A program made the position numbers and the translations under genes. Under the pieces are notes generated by a model. That model saw nothing but the letters and a program-made list of their open reading frames with translations. It was not told the DNA's origin and did no database searches. A stretch of 64,000 nt of DNA from an uncultured Gammaproteobacteria bacterium (GTDB lineage: Bacteria; Patescibacteriota; Microgenomatia; UBA8517): NCBI GenBank assembly GCA_964635715.1, contig CAZWNZ010000001.1:138358-202357 (forward strand), given 5' to 3'. This document shows positions 1 through 8,364 of the stretch, in pieces; position 1 is the first letter of the stretch; every line of letters starts with the position of its first letter.

Positions 1-194
1 TTTCTGCCGGCAGAACTAATAAGACCTATTCCACCCATGATAAAAAAGAAAAGAAGAATTATTCCCGCAACCACGAAAGCTATATTTAGAAAAAGCGAAA
101 CAATATTGCTTACTCCGGAAATTTCACGAAAAGATGTGGCATCCGAACCGCCAAAAAAAGTACTGCCTATATCAAAAGCAAGATTTTGGTTCAT
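1..194 (-). CDS. VirB2/TrbC-like pilin-like small membrane protein (start at 194, 3' end beyond window)
   Basis: Reverse-strand ATG at 194. Translation is MNQNLAFDIGSTFFGGSDATSFREISGVSNIVSLFLNIAFVVAGIILLFFFIMGGIGL..., the same hydrophobic C-terminal architecture as the next two genes. Not in the ORF track because it runs off the window. Confidence 0.4.
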   Translation of the reverse strand, partial: MNQNLAFDIGSTFFGGSDATSFREISGVSNIVSLFLNIAFVVAGIILLFFFIMGGIGLISSAGR

Positions 195-239
195 AGAGCC
201 ATTTTATAATAATGCTGTCGGCGACACAAGTTTGCCTAG

Positions 240-572
240 TTACTTTCCTCCGAAAACTTGGCTAAAAAGGGTACCTTCAAGGCCGAGAATCTGACCTAAT
301 ATCTGAACAAGAGTGAATGCAAAAAAAACGATAACAAAACCAATCAGTGCGTTTGTGATCTTTGCCTGAGCTGATTGCATGGCTTTAGGATCCCCGCGGG
401 ACACCATCATCTGTAGACCTCCAATAATCAGATAGATTAAAAGGGCAATTCCTGCAGCACCAAATATATAGGGGAGTATTTTACTAATCAAACTGCCGAT
501 CGTCATTGTTTCAATAGATCCCGAGTTGGGAAAGGCTTCCTGCTGAATCTGTTCCAAGTTTTGAGTAAGCAT
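240..572 (-). CDS. TrbC/VirB2-family pilin-like small membrane protein
   Basis: 110 aa with two hydrophobic segments, LLIYLIIGGLQMM and ALIGFVIVFFAFTLVQILG. This is the typical layout of the CPR type IV-secretion-pilin-like family. Confidence 0.5.
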   Translation of the reverse strand: MLTQNLEQIQQEAFPNSGSIETMTIGSLISKILPYIFGAAGIALLIYLIIGGLQMMVSRGDPKAMQSAQAKITNALIGFVIVFFAFTLVQILGQILGLEGTLFSQVFGGK

Positions 573-577
573 TATTT

Positions 578-1291
578 TTATTGGTTAAACCCAAATTTAT
601 CCAATCCCAGTATATCAACTCCGATGAATTTGAGTATAACAATAGATAAGACAAGTAAAATAAGCCCTGCAATTGCTGAGGTCAAAAGTTCCTGACCGGC
701 CTTGATTCTTTCCGGATTTCCCGACGCCGTCATAATCATAAATCCGGCATAAAGCATGAGGGCAAAAGCAATACCACCACCAATTCCCGTAGCCCATCTC
801 AGAAGATCCGATAGGAATGCATTTTCACTATTAAAAATATGAATACAACCTATGGCGGTGTTTATACCGGTTCCACCATCACATTTCAGACTGGTGCCGT
901 CTTCGGTTTGATCTTCTCCTTCTTGATATTGATAAGGATCAATGTTCTCATCTATACACGTAGAACCATAGCCGTAGTTGTGGGCTTTAAGCCCGCTGCA
1001 GCAGGGTTTTGATACTGTTGGAGTTTCTCCTTCATGAGCACAATTTTCGCCGGGAATTTCTGCTTCGCATGAACAGATCATCAAGTTAAGATTTTTGCGT
1101 GCGTCCTTTTGACTGTTTTTTGTCCCTTCCGGCCAAGTACATTTGCCTATTTCATCATCATCGCAACCAACTGCGACCACAGAATCGCTTTGTAGTGTAC
1201 ATGAACATGCAGAAACATCTTTGGCTAATAAAGTGGAAGAAATCGCAATTAATGCCAGAAAAGCCGTTAAAACAGTTATTTTTTTCTTCAC
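578..1291 (-). CDS. Secreted Cys-rich protein with C-terminal pilin-like (VirB2/TrbC-like) membrane domain
   Basis: Signal peptide MKKKITVLTAFLALIAISS, many Cys, and a C-terminal GNPERIKAGQELLTSAIAGLILLVLSIVIL hydrophobic pilin-like segment. Confidence 0.5.
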   Translation of the reverse strand: MKKKITVLTAFLALIAISSTLLAKDVSACSCTLQSDSVVAVGCDDDEIGKCTWPEGTKNSQKDARKNLNLMICSCEAEIPGENCAHEGETPTVSKPCCSGLKAHNYGYGSTCIDENIDPYQYQEGEDQTEDGTSLKCDGGTGINTAIGCIHIFNSENAFLSDLLRWATGIGGGIAFALMLYAGFMIMTASGNPERIKAGQELLTSAIAGLILLVLSIVILKFIGVDILGLDKFGFNQ

Positions 1292-1353
1292 TCTCTCATT
1301 TTAAAGCAAATGTGAAGAAAGTAAAAGATGAGGGATGGTACAATAAATGGCAC

Positions 1354-3051
1354 ATGCCATTTAATCCCAAATCTCAAATCTCAAAGTTCAAAATTAAACC
1401 TAAGTTTTTGAAAGTTATCCTGACTATTATTGTTTTTATGAGTACTATGTACTGTGTACTAAGTACTGTCTATGCTCAAAATTGCGGATCCGATCTTGAT
1501 TGTCAGATTGCTCAAATTCAGAAAGAAATTGATGCGCTTTCTCCTGCTCAAGAGAAAAACAAGCAGGATTTAGCGGCTTTGAATACTCAAATTACTCAAC
1601 TAAATGCCAAAATTGCAAATTTGACCTCACAATTAAAATCTTTGGAACTGGAAATTGCCGGTAGAGAAAAAGACCTCGCCTATGCAAAAACAGTTTTTGA
1701 TGAAAAAGCAAGAGATCTTTATACATTCTTAAGGCTTTATGATCCCATTACCCCCTTTCTTTTTTCCGATAGTGCCTCAGACGCTTTTCAGGAAATCGCA
1801 TTAAGACAGAAAGTTACTGATGCTGATAGACAGACAATGGAAGATTATGCTAAAGAACTGACTTCACTTAAAAACGATAAGGAAAATTTGGAAAAGAACA
1901 AAACAAGTGTTTCCTCACTTCAATCCCAAGTTACCGAAAAACAAAAGTTTTTAGCGAGTGAGGTTGCCAAAGTGGATACTTATCTTTCAAGCCTTTCAGC
2001 TAAACAGCAAGAACTCTTAGCGGCTAAAAGCGGCAGTTTTATCGCCAGTGTGGGCGATAGTGAACTTGCAGATGACTACAATGCTTCGATAAAAGGGTTT
2101 AGGGAAGCAGCTCCTTCTGGATCTTTTGCCATCTTTTCATTTGGTGCATACACCCACAGAAAAGGTATGAGCCAGTATGGTGCTAGAGGAAGAGCAATAA
2201 AGGGACAGGATTATAAACAGATATTGAAAGCATATTATGGAAAAGAACCGGTAGGTAAAGATACCGGCGGAACTATTAATGTGGCGGGTGTAGGGAATGT
2301 GGATTTTGAGAGTTATTACTTGATGGGTATTGCTGAAATGCCATCAAGTTGGGATATGAATGCACTCAAAGCTCAAGCGGTCGCCGCAAGAACATATGCC
2401 TATAGATATAAGGTTGAAGGAAAACAAATTTGTGTTACAGAAAGTTGTCAGGTTTTTAGAAAATCAAAGGCAGATAGTCCTCCCTCAGCTTGGAAACAGG
2501 CTGTTGAAGAAACCCGAGGTCAAGTCTTGGAGGATGTTGTTACATACTACTCTTCTACATCTGGTGGCTATTCGACAACTTCCGGTTGGGACACAACCGA
2601 TGGTGGTGGGGGGTCAAACTTTTTTGATAAAAGTTATGAGAAAATCGGAGGCTCACCTTGGGCATATAAAGCTTGGTACAGAAAAGGTTATACAGCAAGC
2701 GGTGAGACTTGCGGACAGGGTGACCCTTGGCTTAACAACGAAGAGTTTACTGATATAGTTAATGCGGCAATTGTTCTTAAAAATGGATCCGACGATAGGG
2801 TCACTTCCACCTCAACCGCTTGCTGGGGTGGCAATCCTTACAGTTATGCAGAGCTTCGTTCCAAAGGTGGGGTGAATTCGGTAACAAGTGTTTCAGTTAT
2901 TCAAGGAACCGGCACTACCAACGAAGTAATAATTAACGGCTCGATTCACCTGACAGGTGCGGAATTTAAACAGGCATTTAACTTAAGAGCTCCAGGGTAC
3001 TTAATGATTCCTCAAAAGGGTTTTGCCTTTTTTAATATTGAGAAGAAATAG
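1354..3051 (+). CDS. SpoIID/LytB-domain protein with N-terminal signal peptide and coiled coil
   Basis: SpoIID-type motifs are present: YLMGIAEMPSSW and LKAQAVAARTYAYRYK. A long coiled coil precedes the domain. The ORF-track start at 1099 overlaps the divergent gene; the ATG at 1354 begins MPFNPKS followed by a signal peptide. Confidence 0.7.
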   Translation: MPFNPKSQISKFKIKPKFLKVILTIIVFMSTMYCVLSTVYAQNCGSDLDCQIAQIQKEIDALSPAQEKNKQDLAALNTQITQLNAKIANLTSQLKSLELEIAGREKDLAYAKTVFDEKARDLYTFLRLYDPITPFLFSDSASDAFQEIALRQKVTDADRQTMEDYAKELTSLKNDKENLEKNKTSVSSLQSQVTEKQKFLASEVAKVDTYLSSLSAKQQELLAAKSGSFIASVGDSELADDYNASIKGFREAAPSGSFAIFSFGAYTHRKGMSQYGARGRAIKGQDYKQILKAYYGKEPVGKDTGGTINVAGVGNVDFESYYLMGIAEMPSSWDMNALKAQAVAARTYAYRYKVEGKQICVTESCQVFRKSKADSPPSAWKQAVEETRGQVLEDVVTYYSSTSGGYSTTSGWDTTDGGGGSNFFDKSYEKIGGSPWAYKAWYRKGYTASGETCGQGDPWLNNEEFTDIVNAAIVLKNGSDDRVTSTSTACWGGNPYSYAELRSKGGVNSVTSVSVIQGTGTTNEVIINGSIHLTGAEFKQAFNLRAPGYLMIPQKGFAFFNIEKK

Positions 3052-3066
3052 TATAATCGGTTTACT

Positions 3067-3672
3067 ATGCCAGACATTTTTGTTTCTCCGGAGAAGATAG
3101 AGGAAAAGCCAGTTAAGGAAAATATTGAACATGGTCATAGACGTAGACGCCTTTCATCTTATTATCTTCACCCAAAACACATTAATTTTGAAACAAAAGA
3201 CCAGGACGAGGAAATAATACTGATGCTTAGACAGCATCCGATTATTAATTTAAAATGGATTGCAATTACCATAGTGCTTCTTTTGTGTTTGTCCTTTGTG
3301 GAAAAGACCAATTTCTTTTCTCTTCTACCTGAAGGTTATCCATTAATTATTAAGATGGTATGGTATCTGGTTACTTTTATTTATGCGGTCGAAGGTTTTT
3401 TCCATTGGTATTTTAATGTTTATTTCATTACAAAAAGAAGGGTTATCGATGTAGATTTCTTTAATATTATCAGTAAGAGAGTTACGGATGCTGAAATAGA
3501 CAAGATTCAGGATGTCACTTACACAAATAGCGGTCCTATAGGAACAATATTTAATTATGGAGAAATTTCAATTCAAACATCCGGAGAATCACGGGAAATT
3601 GCTTTTGAAAATGTGCCACATCCCGACAAAGCCGCGGACATTTTGGATGATTTGAGAGCAATGTATAAATAA
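3067..3672 (+). CDS. Membrane protein with bacterial PH (bPH_2/YdbS-like) domain
   Basis: Two TM helices are followed by a beta-rich domain with a YdbS-like pattern (VIDVDFFNIISKRV...ISIQTSGESREIAF). Confidence 0.45.
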   Translation: MPDIFVSPEKIEEKPVKENIEHGHRRRRLSSYYLHPKHINFETKDQDEEIILMLRQHPIINLKWIAITIVLLLCLSFVEKTNFFSLLPEGYPLIIKMVWYLVTFIYAVEGFFHWYFNVYFITKRRVIDVDFFNIISKRVTDAEIDKIQDVTYTNSGPIGTIFNYGEISIQTSGESREIAFENVPHPDKAADILDDLRAMYK

Positions 3673-3677
3673 TACTT

Positions 3678-3902
3678 ATGGAAAATATTACAGGATTAAA
3701 TTTTGGAATTTGGGCAGTCATTAAAATTTTGGTATTGGTAGCTTTGGGTATTTATATTATTTTTGCCTTTGTAATTACAAGACAAGTAAAAATTATGACC
3801 AGTACACTAACGTTAGGTTCCGAATTTTTCGCCAAGTTTTTAGCTTTTATCCATTTGCTTTTTGCTGTTCTGGTTTTTATTACTGCCTTAGCGGTTCTCT
3901 AA
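3678..3902 (+). CDS. Small 2-TM membrane protein
   Basis: 74 aa, two hydrophobic helices. Confidence 0.3.
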   Translation: MENITGLNFGIWAVIKILVLVALGIYIIFAFVITRQVKIMTSTLTLGSEFFAKFLAFIHLLFAVLVFITALAVL

Positions 3903-3905
3903 GCG

Positions 3906-5831
3906 ATGCTCAAAATAATAAGTGCAAAAGTTACAGCTTCTCCCGGAGGATCCGGTTGGGTACAAATTCATTGTTTTTCCCCCTCAGAGCCGGAAAAAGC
4001 ACAAGGTAAAGGCCAGCTTTTTGTGATTGCTGCTTCCAAAGACGGAAAGGAAGGTGTTGAGGCAATATCCCTTGAAAGAGAAATTGCCGGGAAATTACGT
4101 GGGGAATATTACAACTCTCTCCAGGGAAAGCCATTTGATGCCCTAAAATACGCTATTCAAAAAACGATTGATAGTTTTATAGAAAAAGTATCAAATCTTG
4201 AATTATCTTGTTGTGTTTACATAAATAATGTTGTTTACACGTCTTCTTTTGGGGGAGGTAGGGTTGTCATAAATAGAGGTGGAGTTCTGGCCCCAATTTT
4301 GGAAAGTGGCGAAGAGGTAATTACGGCATCCGGTTTTCCAAAAGAGAACGACATTATTATAATTGGGACAAAATCTTTTTTTAATAAAGTAAGCAATTCT
4401 GAATTGGGTAACACCCTGAATAATAAAAATCCGGAATCTTCAGCAGAAGAGTTAGCCCCACTTATTTATGAGGGAGGAGAGGAAGGAACCGCGGGAGCTT
4501 TAATAATAAAATTTGAGCAAGATTTGGAATTTGTGCAAACATCGGAAGTACCATCGACACAAAAAAATCTTGTACAAAATATGCCGGAAGTTGCGCTCCC
4601 TTCTCCGATTGAAATACGAAGTGATGATAACCAAGGAGTTGATCTGAAAAAAAAGCTATCCACGATTTTCTCCGGTTTTGGAAAAAAAATACCAAGAAGA
4701 AATATCTACATTAAGCCTACATTTCAGGATGAGGCGGTATCTCATAGCCGTAAACTAACTCTTTCTGTGGGAATAATTCTTTTGGTTATTTTAGCCGTTA
4801 GTATTGGTTTTGGCATAAGACAGAGAAAAGTTAATGACAGGAAGGAACAATATCAGACTCTTTTGACAGAAGCTAATAGTGAAGTGGATCAAGCAATAAG
4901 TCTGGCAAGTACCAATCCGGAAGAATCGCGACAACTTTTTTTGAGTAGTGAACAGAAACTGGATCAGATTTTGGAATTAAAAGTTAAAGATACTGAGGTA
5001 TCAGAATTGCAGAAAAAAATTGAGGATAGCCGAGCTGCAGTTTTGGGAGAATATTCTGTAAATATGGAATCGTTTTTGGATTTGGGCTTACTTTCGTCCG
5101 GGTTTATAGGTAATGAAATTTCTTTTTCGGGAGGAAATGTTTACGTTTTGGATAAAAGTGGAGCAAAGGTTGTCAGTATTGCAATAGATACAAAAAAGAG
5201 TGAAGTTGTTTCGGGGCCTGACGTTATTGAAAATCCGGCAGGATTGGCCTCTTACGAAGGTAATGTTTTTGTTTTATTGCCTGACGGCATTTATCTCGTG
5301 GAAAATAAAAAAACCAGGGTTATAGAAAAAACCTGGGGTGGAGATGCTTTGATCTATGCTTTTGCCGGCAATCTTTACGTTCTTGATAAAGGTGGAAATC
5401 AAATATATAGGTATACGGGACAGTCAGGTAACATTTTTGGTAGCCAACAAAATTGGCTGTCTAGCTCGACTACTGCAAATTTCTCGGATGTCCTTGAATG
5501 GGGAATGAATGGAGCTGTATATGTACTTTATCCAAACTCAAAAGTTTTGAAGTATAGTCTCGGTTCCCCTCAAAACTTTTCCATCTCCGGTGTATTTCCC
5601 GAAATAGGCAGTATTGATTCTTTGTGCGCCGATTCAGATAATGAATATGTCTATCTTTTAGACAGAGCAGGCAGTCGCGTTGTGGTTATTGATAAAAATG
5701 GAAAGTATAAGGCTCAGTATTTGAGTGATCAGATTGGAAATGCCACGAAAATGGTGGTGTCTGAAGCGGAAGGGAAAATAATTCTTTTAACAGGAAATAA
5801 GCTTTATTCCATTGAGATGAAGAACTTGTAG
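3906..5831 (+). CDS. Membrane-anchored protein with C-terminal beta-propeller-like repeats
   Basis: A central TM (LTLSVGIILLVILAVSIGFGI) is followed by repeated GNVYVLDKSG, GNVFVLLPDG, GNLYVLDKGG and YVYLLDRAGSRVVVID blades of NHL/YVTN type. Confidence 0.45.
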   Translation: MLKIISAKVTASPGGSGWVQIHCFSPSEPEKAQGKGQLFVIAASKDGKEGVEAISLEREIAGKLRGEYYNSLQGKPFDALKYAIQKTIDSFIEKVSNLELSCCVYINNVVYTSSFGGGRVVINRGGVLAPILESGEEVITASGFPKENDIIIIGTKSFFNKVSNSELGNTLNNKNPESSAEELAPLIYEGGEEGTAGALIIKFEQDLEFVQTSEVPSTQKNLVQNMPEVALPSPIEIRSDDNQGVDLKKKLSTIFSGFGKKIPRRNIYIKPTFQDEAVSHSRKLTLSVGIILLVILAVSIGFGIRQRKVNDRKEQYQTLLTEANSEVDQAISLASTNPEESRQLFLSSEQKLDQILELKVKDTEVSELQKKIEDSRAAVLGEYSVNMESFLDLGLLSSGFIGNEISFSGGNVYVLDKSGAKVVSIAIDTKKSEVVSGPDVIENPAGLASYEGNVFVLLPDGIYLVENKKTRVIEKTWGGDALIYAFAGNLYVLDKGGNQIYRYTGQSGNIFGSQQNWLSSSTTANFSDVLEWGMNGAVYVLYPNSKVLKYSLGSPQNFSISGVFPEIGSIDSLCADSDNEYVYLLDRAGSRVVVIDKNGKYKAQYLSDQIGNATKMVVSEAEGKIILLTGNKLYSIEMKNL

Positions 5832-5854
5832 TAATTCCTACTTGTTGTTCTTAA

Positions 5855-6091
5855 TCACAGTAAATATTTGTTTCTGAAGTCAAAACCGGAGCCTTCTTTC
5901 AGATACCTTTCAAATTTAGTAGCCTTATTTTTCGTTACAAAAGCACAATAGAATAACAATTTGATAGGTAGGAGATTTTTGGTAGTTTTAACTGTGCCTC
6001 TACTATGTTCCAATATCCGTTGTTTTAAATTATCAGAATATCCAACATAATAGGATTTGTTTTTAAGTTTAAGAATATAGACGTAATGCAC
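5855..6091 (-). CDS. GIY-YIG nuclease-domain protein (YhbQ/UPF0213-like)
   Basis: MHYVYILKLKNKSYYVGYSDNLKQRILEH carries the GIY-YIG motifs. Confidence 0.75.
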   Translation of the reverse strand: MHYVYILKLKNKSYYVGYSDNLKQRILEHSRGTVKTTKNLLPIKLLFYCAFVTKNKATKFERYLKEGSGFDFRNKYLL

Positions 6092-6185
6092 AAGACTATG
6101 GCTCTACTTCGCTAGAGCTTCGAAGAGCACTTCTTCGATAGGAGTGCTGCGCGCTTCGAAACTCCAACAAGGTTGGAGTGAAGAA

Positions 6186-6550
6186 GTGGAGACGGCGGGA
6201 ATCGAACCCGCGTCCGAAAATACTATAAACAATACTTCTACAAGCTTATTAGATCTTTTTTTATTTTCTTTTAATTTAAGTCGATCTACAAACAATCAAA
6301 AGTAAGGCTAATTTAGTTTCAGCTACTAGCTATCAGCCGTTAGCTATTAGTTATATCCCGGATTGGTTTACACCCTTTTGATCCGGCCGAGATTCAGATC
6401 TAAGGACGCAACTTAAGCGTACGCTACTGCGTAGTTAGGTTGGGCTTGGAATAAATTCCTAGCTTTTATTTTTTAATCCCTTTTGACAAGTGATGATCAA
6501 ACTTGGCTTGCTGTATTGTAAAGAGCTCTCCGTCGAAACCGATCGTCCCC
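6186..6550 (-). ncRNA. ssrA: tmRNA (SsrA)
   Basis: The reverse strand reads 5' GGGGACGATCGGTTTCGACGGAG... and ends ...GGACGCGGGTTCGATTCCCGCCGTCTCCAC. The acceptor stem is GGGGACG/CGUCUCC with a G3:U pair. An internal frame reads ...AQPNYAVAYA followed by a stop, which fits a tag peptide. smpB is adjacent. Confidence 0.8.
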
Positions 6551-6618
6551 AAAAAATATTACCAATTTCAAATTCCAAATAAATACAAATTTCCAATTGG
6601 GCATTGGTATTTATTGGA

Positions 6619-7065
6619 TTATTTGTACTTATTGGTACTTATTTTCAACTCTCTTTCAATATCACGATTGATATCGTGGCGTCTAATACTTTCCTTCTTT
6701 TGGAACTTGCGCTTGCCTTTACCAAGCTCAAGATAAATCTTAATTAGACGGCCTTTATTATACACTCTAAGAGGAACGATCTGCAATTTTTTCTGCTTCA
6801 TTTTTGTGATTAGTGATAATATTTCAGATCGGTGTAAAAGGAGTTTTCTCATGCGTGTCGAGTCATACTTTTGGATGCCCTGTGCAGGTATATTTGCATT
6901 AATCAGGTAGGCTTCGTCTTTCAAAATTCTAATTGCTGCCTGAGAAATATCAGCTCTTCCTTCACGCACAGATTTGGCCTCGGCTCCTAAAAGAGAAACG
7001 CCTGCTTCAACACCCTCACCTGTAAGTTCGTATTCAAATTTAGCCTTTTTGTTAACTATTTTCAT
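6619..7065 (-). CDS. smpB: SsrA-binding protein SmpB
   Basis: MKIVNKKAKFEYELTGEGVEAGVSLLGAEAKSVREGRADIS...RMRKLLLHRSEI matches SmpB, and the gene sits next to the tmRNA. Confidence 0.9.
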   Translation of the reverse strand: MKIVNKKAKFEYELTGEGVEAGVSLLGAEAKSVREGRADISQAAIRILKDEAYLINANIPAQGIQKYDSTRMRKLLLHRSEILSLITKMKQKKLQIVPLRVYNKGRLIKIYLELGKGKRKFQKKESIRRHDINRDIERELKISTNKYK

Positions 7066-7126
7066 TTGTATTTATTTTCCTGGTACTGTGTATTAAGTAC
7101 TATGTACTAGAATCAATTATAGCTCA

Positions 7127-7792
7127 ATGGGATTTTTGGATTTGGTTTTTCCTAAAAATTGTCTCGGCTGCGGCAGAGAAGGAAAATATCTTTGCCCAAT
7201 ATGTATAGATAAAGTTCCCCGTGCAAAAGCAATTTGCCCTTATTGCAAACACCCTTCAATGGATGGAGTAACTCATGTTAATTGTCAAAGAAAGCTTGGA
7301 ATCGATGGTCTAACTTCCATCTGGAGATACGAGGGGATTGTCAGAAAGGCAATATTAGCTTTGAAATACAAATACGCGACGGAAGTAGGCAGGGAAATTT
7401 CTGAATATGTAATTAGTTCACTTGGGAATTTGATTTTACCTCCTGTGCACAATTTATGCCCGGTTCCTATTTATTGGCATAAACAAAATATTAGAGGATT
7501 TAATCAATCAATTGAGCTTGGCGGAAATATTGCGGAGAATTTGCGGTTAAATTTTGTTCCTGACTTGTTGATTAAAAAGGTTAATACAATTCCGCAAGCA
7601 AATCTTTCAGGTAAGGAGAGAATGCAGAATTTAAAAGGTGTTTTTGCAGTTAACCCCAGCTACCAACTACTAGATTCTAGATACTTGCTATTTGATGATG
7701 TTTTTACCACAGGTTCTACAATGTTTGAGGCAACAAAAGTTCTAAAAAGAGGAGGGGCAGATAAGGTGTGGGGACTGACAATTGCAAGATGA
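7127..7792 (+). CDS. ComF-family protein (double zinc ribbon plus phosphoribosyltransferase domain)
   Basis: N-terminal CxxC...CxxC pairs and a C-terminal PRTase motif LLFDDVFTTGST. Confidence 0.8.
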   Translation: MGFLDLVFPKNCLGCGREGKYLCPICIDKVPRAKAICPYCKHPSMDGVTHVNCQRKLGIDGLTSIWRYEGIVRKAILALKYKYATEVGREISEYVISSLGNLILPPVHNLCPVPIYWHKQNIRGFNQSIELGGNIAENLRLNFVPDLLIKKVNTIPQANLSGKERMQNLKGVFAVNPSYQLLDSRYLLFDDVFTTGSTMFEATKVLKRGGADKVWGLTIAR

Positions 7793-8155
7793 ATTGAAAT
7801 CGATTTATATAATGATATAATCCCTTCCAGAGCTGGAAATTCGGAAAACCCTGAGAGGTGGCTAGTTTGATCATCACGCCTTGTCTGACAATTGCGTCAG
7901 TACATATATTTAAAGTGATGGAACAAGCTCAAGGTTCGATTCCTTGTAGGGTGAAGAGGGTTTTCTAAAGACGCGCAGAATAGGTGGGAGGCTATGATAG
8001 TGTGATGAAGGTCACAAAGGAGCCGTCAATGAAATACTACCCCCTTTAGTTTTAAGAAATTATAAAAAAATACCCGATCACGTTTTCCAGCTCCACCCTC
8101 TTTCTCTCCAATTAAGCAGTAATTACGTTCCATTTTTGATATAATGATCGAGCTT
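7793..8155. other. 360-nt non-coding region with tRNA-like T-arm and a 10-nt long-range complementarity (candidate structured RNA)
   Basis: Contains GGTTCGATTCC (7938-7948). GAGCTGGAAA (7833-7842) is the exact reverse complement of TTTCCAGCTC (8073-8082). No ORF longer than the spurious track entries. Confidence 0.3.
8137..8145 (+). promoter_or_regulatory. Extended -10 element TGaTATAAT upstream of tRNA-Ser
   Basis: TGATATAAT lies 10 nt before the tRNA 5' end. The same style occurs upstream of tRNA-Asn (17767-17775) and tRNA-Ile (62899-62907). Confidence 0.5.
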
Positions 8156-8239
8156 GGAGGATATGCCGAGCGGTTAAGGCAATTGTTCGCTAAACAATGT
8201 CGCGCAAGCGACCGACAGGTTCGACTCCTGTATCCTCCG
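8156..8239 (+). tRNA. tRNA-Ser (type II; anticodon probably GCU, C at position 33 is unusual)
   Basis: GGAGGAT...Ser-type D-arm GCCGAGCGGTTAAGGC, long variable arm, T-arm ACAGGTTCGACTCCTGT, acceptor ATCCTCC plus G. CCA is not encoded. Confidence 0.7.
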
Positions 8240-8244
8240 CCCAT

Positions 8245-8326
8245 GGTGGGCGGGCAGGACGGTAATGCGCGGGTCTTGAAAACCCGTGGGAGCAATCCCT
8301 AACAGGTTCGACCCCTGTGCCCACCG
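8245..8326 (+). tRNA. tRNA-Ser(UGA)
   Basis: GGTGGGC..., anticodon loop CTTGAAA, long variable arm, T-arm ACAGGTTCGACCCCTGT, acceptor GCCCACC plus G. Confidence 0.8.
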
Positions 8327-8345
8327 CACTTCTTTGTTTTATCAA

Positions 8346-8359
8346 CTTCTGTTATAATA
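8346..8359 (+). promoter_or_regulatory. Conserved promoter-like box CTTCTGTTATAATA (extended -10), copy 1
   Basis: An identical 14-mer recurs at 10056-10069. Here the TATAAT ends 6 nt before the ATG at 8365, which implies a leaderless mRNA. Confidence 0.5.
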
Positions 8360-8364
8360 CGCAT

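Noticed and set aside
2360-2758. Internal alternative-frame ORFs (for example 2360-2758 and the antisense ORFs inside nrdJ, the PBPs, gap and pgk)
   Set aside because: They are fully nested in strongly supported genes with clear homology and show no independent signal.
6104-6736. ORF-track entries 6104-6295 (-) and 6503-6736 (+)
   Set aside because: They lie inside the tmRNA gene and the smpB 3' region. The RNA-gene explanation is far stronger than these short ORFs without homology.
7793-8155. RNase P RNA or an intron-containing tRNA in the long comF-tRNA spacer
   Set aside because: There is no GGAAAGTCCGG/ACAGAACCCGGCTTA P4 consensus. No acceptor 5' strand complementary to the sequence following the T-arm could be found. 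It is kept only as an unassigned structured-RNA candidate.
8026-8295. ORF 8026-8295 (-) and the 8317 start of the downstream gene
   Set aside because: They overlap two tRNA-Ser genes on the opposite or same strand. The downstream gene starts at the ATG at 8365, after the tRNA.
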